Source: Saccostrea echinata
Taxonomy: Eukaryota
Assembly: GCF_033153115.1 (NCBI RefSeq)
Contig: NW_026889793.1
Coordinates: 2,294,001 to 2,358,000 of the forward strand
DNA length: 64,000 nt
Reading direction: 5' to 3'
A model generated the notes under the pieces. It saw nothing but the letters and a program-made list of their open reading frames with translations, did no database searches and was not told where the DNA came from. A program made the translations under genes and the position numbers. Below, piece by piece: positions 1-12,300 of this stretch (the stretch's first letter is position 1; every line of letters begins with the position of its first letter).

Positions 1-2436
1 CCAAAACCAGTTCATAACACAGGTGGAACAAGTTCTTATTCATGTTTGAAACCACCAGACAAACCTTGGTTCAATGTAGAACTCAGAGAAAAGCATAGGA
101 TATATCGTTCAGCACTCAGCCGTTTTAATAATACGAAAAACAGTGTAAATCATTTGAATTTAATAGAAGGTAAAAGAAATTACAAACGTTTAGAAGCAAA
201 ACTTAAGCGCCAGTATTTACGGAAAGAAGGCGATTTACTGGATCATCTCCGTAAAGACAACCCAAAAAATATTTTATAAGCATTTTCGAAAAAGAAAACA
301 GAAATATACATCAATTGATTTGGAACTGTTCCGAAGGCATTTCGAATATTTATCTACATCTAGTACTAATATGAATAACGATACCCCAGTGGACACAGGA
401 AATACTGTGTTTGAAGAATTAGATATTGAAATTTCCGAAAAGAAATATCGGATGCTATAGATAGTCTTAAACGAGATAAATCTCATGGCTTTGATTTTAT
501 TTTGAATGAATACTTTATAGAATTCAAGGATATATTTTTGCCATATTTACATATTATTTTTAATCGTATCTTAACATCTGGCTATTTTCCAACACAATGG
601 TCTAATGCTGTAATAGTTCCTGTTTTTAAGAAAGGTGACCCTGATGACCCCAATAATTATCGAGGTATAAGTCTTATTAGTTGCTTTTGTAAATTGTTCA
701 CCTCAATACTGAATAGAAGGCTAATACTGTGGGCATCCTCTAATAGTGTTATTACAGATGCACAGTTTGGTTTTCAACCTATGTTAGGTACTACAGACGC
801 AGTATTTGCACTACATTGTCTTGTATCGCAAGCACTCCAAACTAAGAAACGATTTTACTGTTGTTTTGTTGATTATAAGAGGGCCTTTGACTCTATCATT
901 AGGGAAAAATTATATAGAAAATTGAAGTATTAAGGTATACAAGGGAAGCTACTTACAATTATTCGTTCCATGTATTCTAGAATTAGAACCTGTGTAAAAT
1001 CTTCTGATCGTTTTTCTAATTTCTTTGAAAGTCATGTTGGTCCTTTACAAGGAGAAGTTTTATCTCCCATGTTGTTTGTATTGTCCGTTAATGATCTTGA
1101 AAATGAGTTCATCAAACAGGGTAACACGCCTACTGAATTAGAGTTATTAAATCTCTATCTTTCAATGTATGCAGATGACATGGTATTATTTTCAGAATCA
1201 ATTAATGAAATACAAAGCATGTTAAATACACTACAATTATATACACGTGATGAGTGGGGTCTAGATGTAAATGTATCAAAAACTAAAGTTGTTGTGTTTA
1301 GAAATGGTGGGAAAGTCCGCACAAATGAGAAATGGCTTTATAACGGTGAAAATAAAGAAATAGTGGACCAGTTTGTTTATCTAGGCATTGTGTTCAATTA
1401 TAATTGTAAATTTTTTATTACTCAAAAACAATTAGCGACACAAGGTCGCATAGCTATGTTTGCTCTTAAATCAACCATGAAACAGCTTTATTTAAACCAT
1501 TGTACTTTGTTTTCTATTTTTGATACTTATGTGTGCAGCATTTTAAACTATGGATGTGAAGTTTGGGGATCCCACAAAGGCCAGGACATTGAAAAGGTTC
1601 ATCTTGAGTTTTTACGATATGTACTTGGTGTCCGTAAAACTACAAACACAACTATGTTGTATTTTGAGACAGGACGTATACCTATGTATCTTATTCGTAT
1701 TTATCGAATGTTTAAATTCTGGTTTAAATTATTGCAGTCTGAAAATTGTATATTAAGAGCTTCTTATGATTGGTCGTATTGTATTTGTTATATGTGGAAC
1801 GACCAGAGGAATTTAAACAGTCGTATTTGTTTGCCGATTATTCGGCAAAGACTTAATGACCACTTCATACAAACCTTATATAGCAAAATGCATATAGAAT
1901 CAAAATGTTATATCTACAAACATTTAGTTGATAATTTTTGCTTACGGTATTATTTAGAAAAATCAATACCAAAGCTGTACAAAAAATGTATTTCCAAAAT
2001 GAGGTTGTCCTCGCATAATCTATTTATTGAAACGGGTAGGCATAAAAATATACCAAGAGACAAAAGATTTTGTAAAACATGTACTACTGAAATTGAAGAT
2101 AAATATCATTTTATACTTGTATGCCCAGTGTATACGGCATAACGATCAAAGTTATTGAAAAAGTATTATTGGTGTAGGCCATCCATGTACAAATTAATAC
2201 AGTTATTAAGTGTGAACAATGTAAAAGAATTGTTTAATTTGGGAAAATTCATTTATAAAGCCCTTGCGCTAAGAAATGATTTAAACATATAATGTTGTGT
2301 CACATGGTTTATATGTATGTATATGATATAGATTTATAAGGACTGGCCATCCATTTTCGTCTCCTTTGTTATAAACTTGTAATACTGCTATAAGACGTAT
2401 GTCTTCTGCAATAAAGAAATTGAATTGAATTGAATT
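1..2436 (+). mobile_element. Decayed non-LTR retrotransposon (LINE): ORF2 with reverse transcriptase and C-terminal CCHC knuckle, plus 3' UTR and tail. Clade tentatively RTE-X-like; the 5' part runs off the window.
   Basis: ORF pieces 46-279, 502-933 and 970-2142 carry LINE ORF2 motifs: PVFKKGD..NNYRGISL, QFGF, FVDYKRAFDS, QGEVLSP, YADD, and ETGRH..CKTC..EDKYHFILVC. The last two pieces share a frame across a TAA, and the frame continues past TAA 2140-2142 to ~2292. There are frameshifts before 502. AATAAA at 2410-2415 is followed by a (TTGAA)n tail to ~2436. Confidence 0.93.
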
Positions 2437-2508
2437 ATTCTTGAGATGATGATGATGAATTCATCCATGTTAAGTCAATTTCCTTGAGGCTTAAGCAGCA
2501 CATCTTGA

Positions 2509-2512
<4 letters not shown>

Positions 2513-2588
<76 letters not shown>
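2513..2588. repeat. (TA)n microsatellite, ~38 units
   Basis: Uninterrupted TA dinucleotide run. Confidence 0.98.
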
Positions 2589-2592
<4 letters not shown>

Positions 2593-3381
2593 ACCTCCTA
2601 ACTTATTTGTAATCAACAAAGTATTATTAAATCATAAATAAATATTGTCACATAAAATAAACCCCAAAATTTAAATCTTTACAGTCTGTTCTCTTTTTAC
2701 TTCCTATAACCAACCTCATTATAATTTGCAAAAATAAACATTTATTTAAAATAAAATTTCTAAAGATACCCTGTTTATTAGGAAAAATGATAACAATTTC
2801 AGAAGGAAAGCAAATTTTATTACATATGGTAATAATAAATACAGTCATGATAATATTGCAAGATTGCAAAATATTCATATTTTAAAAATACCAAGATATT
2901 GAATCCAAAATAATCATTATTCAAAGCAATATGACACTAGCATACATGTCTCTCAAAATACATTGTAATGCAAAGGATTTTACAAAAAGGTATAAATTTG
3001 GGAACAATTTGTTTAAAAATATAATTGTATTCTAATTATACTTTTCTATCAAAATCAAATTTTTAAGACAATGGCTGTGAAAGACTTTCAAAATGCAGTG
3101 TTTAATACATATAATTTCAAACATTTAATCTCAGTGTTATTGAATTTCATTGGCTAGACATATGATTAGAAATACAGAAAAACACGCTTGTAACAAAGTG
3201 CCAGGGATGGATGATTTAACTTCTTTATAAACATAATTCAGTATATCCATTAAGTTTACAATATATTTTAAAGCCACGGGGAATAAAAATTCCTTATAAG
3301 CGTGTTTTCCTGTAATGATTTGGTTTTTCATTCGGTAAAAAAAATATATAGTGCATTTCATTCCATCTAAGTACACATATA

Positions 3382-6300
3382 TCAGAAATCTATCATAGCT
3401 GGGTCTATTTTCCTTCTGTCCAGCTGAACTTTCTCTACTTTTTCAGACAAACAACCGCTATCACATGTACAGTTTTCACATTTTTGTTTGGTGTTTGTTG
3501 ATCCCAAGCTTTCTGTTGTTGATGCATTATCAGTTGTCTCTTTTGAAGTGTCCATATTTGTACCAACGTCAGTAGCTTCTGATTTCTGAGCCAACATTTC
3601 ATTCAGCTAAATATCAAACAACCATATGAATTTATTCATCTTAAAATGAAGAAACCTCTCAGAAAATTTATTATTTTTTTAAAATAAATATGCCCTTTAG
3701 CCACACACCAAAAAATAAAAACATAAACAAATATTGTTTTGTGCAATAAAAAAACTCCCAAAAGATAATAGCTTCACAAAAAGATGAATATTAAAATTTG
3801 TCTGGAATATAAACACCTTTTAAATATTTATTTTTCAAATGCTTACATAAACTTAAAATAAATAAACCATGCTAATAGAAAAATGAAACTACATGAAAAG
3901 CACTCACCCTGCGTCTCTCTTTGTGACTTTTTCCAATTCCAAGTCTGTGAAGGAAAAAAAAATCAATGACTAATTAGAATTATCTACAAACAATTCCATA
4001 TAGATCTGAACAGTTTATACTAAATTTATGCCCTGTTAACACGGAGAGTTTAATTCGAATTAAACGTAGTTACTGCGAATTAAATTTGATCCGTGTTCAC
4101 ACGAAGAATTTAATGCGAATTAGTATAATTCGAATTAGTTTACTGCGTATTATATTATTTCGCATTAGCTCCATGTGAACACTAAGCGAGGCTAATTCGA
4201 ATTAAATTTTGACGCATGCTTAAGGGCAGAATTAGGTCACAGGCCACAATTTGATGGTCAAATAAAGGTACTTGTGCTATTTCTAAGTGGAAAACAAAGG
4301 AAAACTATGCTAATCACTAAAATGTGTACAGACACTATGACATTATGTCAAATGCATATATGCTCTGCACAATATGACGTGATTTGTAAATGACGTCGTA
4401 GTAGCCTCACTGAATAGACTTGTTGTAGAAACAAAATTATAATTCGCATTAGTTTACTTCACATTAGCTGTCGTGTGAACACAATTTAATTTGCATTAGT
4501 TTAATTTGCAACATTTTACTTCGCATTAATTTACTGCGAAATAAACTCTCCGTGTGAACATGGCATTAGTACATGTATTGACACATCTATTGATTCTGTT
4601 GAGTGAATACCTTGGCAGTCCTCTATTGAGTCCCTCCAGTAGAATACAGGCTTTACACAGGGGGTTACTGGAAATGTAGCCACACCTCTCACAGGTACCT
4701 GTCAACAGAAATAATACATCTGACAAGCACATCAACAGAAAGGATATTTCTAACAAGCACATCTACAGAAATACATCAGAATGCAGGGGCCATCAAATTC
4801 ACAATTTTGGAAGAAGCACCCTTGTTATAATAACCATCTATTTGGTTTGTTTGCTTAATGTCCATGAGCAGAGAAAAAGATTATTAAAGAAATAATGCAC
4901 TTTCACTATACAATCAATAGACCCCCTCCCCCACCCTCTAACAGAACCCGTTCCTGGGGCCACAAATTTCACAATTTTTGAAGAGGCACCCTTAATCATC
5001 AGAATGATGATTAATACATTAATATACAGGGGGAGAGAAGAAGATTTTTAAAGAATTTATGCATGTTCACTATATGATCTTTAGAGCTAGTGGTGTTCCT
5101 ATCATTGATTATAATCGAAAATTAGTCGATTGCTGGCATAATCCAAGCTCTCAATTACAAAATTTTTAGTCTGATTAATCAGGTTATCTTTTATTTTACA
5201 AGTGTAATAGTTTTTTTATGTACATACTTTGGATTCTACAAAATGAACGAAGAACCAGCTGGACCACCACAGAAAGTTGTTATTCACCCACTCTTACCAT
5301 TTAATATACTAAATTGACAGACTTTGTAAATGTCCGCTTAAAATTGATAATTAGTTAGTTACAGTAGTCCGATCACCCATTATGAAATTCTTACTGATTC
5401 CCATCACTATTTAGAGCCCCACCATAACTCCTGACCAATGGGCCAAGAATTTCACATTTTTATTTTGTAGAGAGCTGAATGCTTATTACAATTATTTCAA
5501 CAGTTTGACGGCTTGATGTCCAAGAGTAATGAATATTTTTAAAGATAGCACTAATTTTCATGGCATAAGCCCCACCCCTAAGGCAGAGGGACAGGGACTA
5601 TGGAATTCATAATTTTTGTTCCTCTTCACCCATAGGTACTATATGCCAAAATTACTTGAATGGTTCAAGAAGCTGAAAATGTTCAAAAGTTTTAAATTAT
5701 CACCAATGCATAACCCTTATCGCATGAAAACAGATGAAAACATATGTAGAAGCACAAATTTTCGTGGGTATAAAATTTCTTGATTTGTCATCTAAAATGG
5801 TTTCATGGGCATTTAATTTCGTTGTTTCAAAGGTAACCCTATGCAATATATATACATTAGAAAATTTCATGTGGGATTTAATTTCATTGATAATTGTTAA
5901 CAACAAAATAAACGAAATTTAATCCTCAATGAATACATGTAATTGTGCTTTTACAGTAACAATAAGTCACCTGAGTGACTTAGGTGACCTTAAAATCAAC
6001 CACAAGCATATATTTTGAACATGTATGAACTTGTTTAATAATCCAATTTCATGGTCTTTTTGACTTTTAAAATTATGCTAGCAAAAACTAAACATTCATC
6101 AGAAAGAGGTACCTTGTACTGGTAGTTTCACTGCTTTCTTCACAGACAGACTCTCTCCAGAGTGAACGATATCTGAAATTATACAAATCACTACTGAGAC
6201 AATTTATCTTCTCAAACTGTTAAAGAAATGGACATTTTATTATATATCCTTAAATAAACTAATTCTCCATTGTACTTATTGATTTTAACTGGACGTGCTG

Positions 6301-9300
6301 TGTTTGTTCAGATAAATAAGGATGTTTTTTTGGGGCTAGTTGCCAAAATACTCTAAAGAGGTACTTTTGTTGTATAAATTGTAATAGGTGTCCAAAATAC
6401 ACCCTCAAATGCATTGCTTCTTCTTACAATAATAATGTTTTTTGAACTTGAATGTACGAAATTTTGACCTACCAATTATAGCACTTGGTCGGATCTTTTC
6501 TAAGTCTTTTATGTAAGCCCTTGCAAATCCCCTAGAGACAGTAAAAAAAACCCAACAAAATAATGAAGAAAAGCTTATGGACAAAAATTAGAATGATACT
6601 TTGAACATATTACATTATTATACTTTCATGTTAAATACTAAAATCTGATTGGTTTAGAGGCATTTAACAATCCGTAATGTTACCCTCAGCATTAGCAACA
6701 CACTTGACATTACGAAAATATCACATGCGTTCAAATGATGCGCGTACGGTTCACCGTAGAATTCTCAAAACGTCGGTTGTGCGTTTGCAACTGACGCGTC
6801 GGTTGACAATGGTTTTCCTTGGGGTGTCAATTTCAACTGTTACCCTCAAAAACGTGCACTATTTATATAATGACATACCCTTATCTTACCTATAAGCATT
6901 AGGTGAATATATACACTCTGTGGAGAAATAATCCAGCTTCTTAAAGTAGGCATACCTAGTAAACGGAAACAATATATATTATGTACAGTTGAACTTCGAT
7001 ATCTCGAACACAGATATCTCGAATACCATGGATATGTCGAAGTCATTTTGAAGTCCCATTTGCTTATTCCTTAAGTATTTTGAAGTCCCATTTGCTTATT
7101 CCTTAAGTATTTTACCCTGGATATCTCAAATCCTCCATTACCTCGAAGTATTTTCATGGTCCATTTTAGTTCGAGATAACGAGGTTTGACTATATTCATG
7201 TTTTCCTTAATTTACTGACATGTATTCTCTAAGATATAAAAATAAATGTGTATAATCTACAAACATTCTATAGTTCAGCAATCGAGAAAGGTTAAAACCT
7301 ATAGTTTCTCCTGCCTTACCAGTGGTGGATTTATCAGTTTTCATATGATCTAGAGGTTTGACTTACATGACTATCTCTTTCTCGTATGTATACTTGAATG
7401 GTTTACTTCTGGGAAGGGCTCCCTCAGTGCCCTGTAATAAAGATCATAGTCTGAAATTATCTTGTCAAGTTCTTCAAACTCACATTTAAATATTTTTTTT
7501 ATACCTTTAAAAATTTTTTCCTATATAAATCTATACCCAAAAAAGTGTAACATTTCCAATGTTTTACTGAGCGGTCCATAAAAAATCGATTTTTACTACT
7601 GAGTGAATGATTAGGGCTTTGAAGGAGAAACTGTCCTAGTCATTGCAAATAATTTCCAAAATAAAAACCTCTCAATGATGTTTTTACCTGGTACTTCTAC
7701 CATTTCTAAATCATTAGGTTCCAATTTGTTATCAGTTTATCATTCATAACTAAGCATGACTGCATTCAAGATCGTACATGTAGCAGCTAGCCTAACTGCT
7801 AGGTTAGATATCTACATGTAGGTCATATTGAGCACACTGTATAAATAATGCTTATCATAGCTAGGCTAGCATATCGTTCAAGATTGTAGCAGCTATGTCA
7901 AGCTAAGTAGCCACTATGATCTTTAAGGCAGCCCAGATTTATAACAGATTTTTCTATGTTTAGCTACTGATCTGTAATTTACATCTGACACTGATGTTTA
8001 TTTTGTTACCGTGGTGATGGCTGTACACCTCTGTAATCTTCCAATGTCACCTCTCAGTACTGTAATTATAAACAAAATCAAAATTTATCGCACAAATTTA
8101 AAACTTTATGTCATTATGAAATCATCTTTCTTCTAACCTGTGCAAAAACAACATCAATTGTACAATCATGTTAACAAAAATATACAACTGTACAGTCATG
8201 TAAACAAAATTATAGAGTCCACTTTTCAAACATACATATAAATGACAAACCAGTGTACTACATTATAAGACAATCTGAAACATTTCAATCAAAAAGTTAA
8301 TGACGAATTTCCAAACATCTTTCTGTGAAATCACTCATTTTTGAGAGATTTTAATTTTTGTTGTTTTTCATGGTATGAAAAGACCCATGAATTCATGTCT
8401 GCAATGTGAAAACTGCACACTGCAGTGTAACGTTTCTCCTTTAACCATGAAATCATATCCCTTCTAACCAGTAATTTTTCATCAAATCTTGAAAATTTGA
8501 CCCCACGAAAATAAATGATTTTACAGTACCTGTTCATTTTTAATACCGTATATACTCGCCTATAAGTCAGTTTTTTGGGAGTTAAATTTTGATCCAAAAC
8601 TCATCATCCGACTTATACTCGAGTTATAAAAAGACTAGTATTTTAGTGGGTCAATCCCTTCAACTTAAGCTTTAAGAATACAACCGACTTATAGGCGGAC
8701 CGACTTATAGGCGAGTATATACGGTATGTTTAACTTACCATTCATAATCACAGTTTCAGCTATATCATCTGCATTGTGTCCTGAAAATTAAAACAGAATA
8801 TTCAAAGACAAACTCTAATCAAAACTACTTGTTCAAAAGAGGAAAATGGGGAATAGAACAGGTCTTGAAATTACAGAGTAAAGGAAATGGATAAAACTTG
8901 TTTTTTAACCCACAATTATTCAGATTTCTTTCCACCTTTACTTACCATCTTAAAAGATGTTATTTATATGTTTTCATGTGACATTTTGCAAAAGGTATAG
9001 GTGTATCATTATCTATCCTTCACCTTACAGTGCCTGTTACTATTGTATCCACTTTCATAAGAAGGGCACCTCTATCTACAGCCTACTGCCTACAAACTAA
9101 CCAGTTACTATCCTATCCACTTTCATCAGAAGGGCACCTCTATCCAAGGCCTGACGCCTGAACACACCACAGAATGTACCTAAAAGTATCAGATATTTTC
9201 ACAGAATTCACCTCTGAATCACCAGACCTTTAAAACTATGGACAAATCTCAGTATTTAAAGTTTGACTGCCTGTGCAGACAACATCAAGATATCAAAGAG

Positions 9301-12300
9301 TTTGAAACTTCTCAAATGCTGACTTTCTACCTTGTTTCCATGTAAATCTATTAACTTCTTTAAAAGTTTGATTTTCTTTATAAAGTAATGTAAGTAGGGG
9401 AAAATCTTTGCATTTTGTTTCACATGAAACAATTGTATATTCTCTTTTTCTTTTATAAAGACCTTTGATAAATTTAAATTTGTAACTACTGGTATATTTC
9501 GTATAAGATACATACAGTTATTTTTCAGACCAATCTGTTTGACAATAGCGTCCATGGTCCATCCATACAACTCTTCATAAGACACAATCTTCAGAGGCAA
9601 CTCATATTGTTGTTGATTTCTCTTTACTGTCTGAAACAATCAGGAAAACTTTAACTGACAATCAAATATAATATTTACACATACATTGTGTTTAGCTACA
9701 TGTATCATAGATATATAAATTTGTATGTAATGGACAGATTCAGCTGACCATTTTGCCACCTCTGAATAAGCAGGACAATTATCACCAAAAATATCAGCCA
9801 AAGGTTATTCAATTTCCTTTTTTTTTTTAATTTTAAATTTTATTACTTGGTATTTTACCATTGCTTTGTAATCATCAACTCACTAGAATTTCTCTCTCGA
9901 TCAAGAAAATGTGCTAGGCTAAATTTAATATGTTTCAGCTAATGAGATGCTTTTATATCTAGTAGCAGAGATCTTTAATTATTTTGTTGTACAAACCTTC
10001 AACTAGCTCCTAACCATTTGTTGATGTAAACAGCAAATACTTCCCTACTGATTAAAAGATGCATTGATTGTTTAAATAAGGTACATTCCTAATGAGACAA
10101 GTTCTGAAACTATATATATACAAATTTAATAAATATTTTGGTTTGTCCAAAATTGATCAATATTTTTCTGCAGATATTTCTGCAAGGTTTTTAAATCATA
10201 TATCTACTGAGTATTCAAAGGTTTTTAAATTAGAAAACACCCATAGTTTACAGGGTATTCAAAGCTATTTAAATCATCTGACCAAATATCAAGGGTTAAA
10301 ATTCGAATTCTATGCATATTAGCTGGACAATATATCAGAGGCCAGCCATGTTGGATTTATGGGTAAGGAAAGACAAATTTACACAGCTTTAGCACATTTC
10401 ATTCTGATAATTTCTGTCAACAGAGAAATTTACCATATGAAAACTTCAAAAATTTAGAAAATCCTTCAAAGCCTGATTCATGTTATTAATTCGACAAAAT
10501 AGGTATAGTGGTTATTTCTGCAATACCATGTATCCTTAATAATGTTACATGTAATACTGAATGAAACATGTACCACAGAGTACAAAGATATTGGTATGCA
10601 GAGGAATATTCACACAATAAATTTCTTAGGCACAGGGAAAAAAATCTTTACTATTACATGCCATAAAAAAATAAATAAAAAATAGAACTGGTATGTAGGT
10701 TTTGGTTTTTATTTCTTTTTACACAAGGGCAGAACTTTGTAAATATAATTTTGTAAAGACAGTTTGAAGCTCTCTTCTTCTTGCCATATAAGTAACATCT
10801 TTTTTCCCCCTAATCTACCTGATAGCTCTACATGTAAAAAGTTATCCTATAGCCTAGAAACGGTAATATTTGAAGAAAAATGCATATACATACAATTTAG
10901 ATGTTTTACAATGAGAAATTGGATTGGCTCATAAAATTAGCATCAGTCGGGTAACCCAACACAAACATATTTTTTACCCTTTAGGTCTTATAGCTGTAAT
11001 TACCCCAAAGTGTTAATTTCCACATTAACAGAATTCTTTAATAAGTATTTTATGTTCTAGTTCATTAAACACAGTTTAAACATATCCAAATTCAATTAAT
11101 GAATTTGCAATTTCTGAGCATTCTCTTATACCCACTTTTCTGATCTATAGTTTCAGCTGGTCATGTGACCAACACAGCAGTTATGGACCCTAGGTACAGT
11201 GCTCAAGATGTCCTCCGTTGTGATCAATGTCAGACTGATTTAGTACAGAGCTTCTGTCAACTTTGTCACATTAAACTGTGTAAGGCCTGTGTTGGAGAGC
11301 ACCTCTCTGATACATCCAGAAATCATAGAGCCGTACCATACACAGCAAAGAGTTCAGCTTCTAACTACCTGGAATGTCCAGATCATGCCACAAAGCTTTG
11401 TGAATTTTACTGTGAGAAATGTAAAGTTTCTGTCTGTAATACCTGTATCATGTCGAGTAAACATCATGGGCATAAAATTATAGGTATTCAACAAAATCTC
11501 AGCTCTGAAACAAAACAACTGGAGAAAAATCTTAAAGAACTTGAGGAAAAAATTGGTCCACAATATGAAGAAATTTTCTCTGAGTTAAAGTCTGAGAAAG
11601 CCAACATAGGAAAACACTTTGAGATGCTGACAAGAACCGTTACTAATCATGGAGAAGACTGGCATAGAGAAATTGACACCATTGTCAACAAACTCAAATC
11701 TGATACTGATGACATGAAAAACAAACACCTGGCTGACCTTATCAAGCAGGAAAAAGAAATTACCCAGAATATTTCTGAAGTGAAAAAAAATATTCTTGAA
11801 ATGAAGAAAATTCTAGCAAACAAAGATATTTCCCTTATCTCTTCATACAAACCCAGAAATGATGAATTTAGAAAACTTCCTCCTAAGCTGAAAACTTCAT
11901 TACCCAGTTTTTCTCCTCAATCAATCAGCAAAGAAAAAATTTATCAACAATTTGGTTCCTTGAGAGAATTATCCAAGGTAACAGAAGAAAACAGCTACAC
12001 ACTGCTTAATGAACCAAAGCTGATCAAAACCATAGAAACTTTGGACAAACTACGGAGTGTTGTTTGCCTCAGTGATGAAGAAATCTGGACATGTGGGCAA
12101 ACAAAACTCATGAATCTCCACAACCTACAGGGAAAACTACTGGAGTCAATCAAAACCAAGTCAGGGGAATGGCCACAGGATATAGCACTGACAAGGAATA
12201 GAAATCTAATTTACATCGACTCTACTAGACGTACTGTGAACAAAGTGAAGAATGAACAGATACAGGAAGTGATCAGACTGCAGGAGTGGAAACCAAACAA

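Noticed and set aside
1-2292. LINE ORF2 as an active or domesticated reverse transcriptase gene
   Set aside because: It has frameshifts, at least two in-frame stops and an apparent internal deletion near 1770-1790.
6616-6870. 72-aa plus-strand ORF and CpG-rich patch in CTU1 intron 9
   Set aside because: It looks like an interspersed repeat fragment, but I could not define its ends or family well enough to list it. There is no coding evidence.
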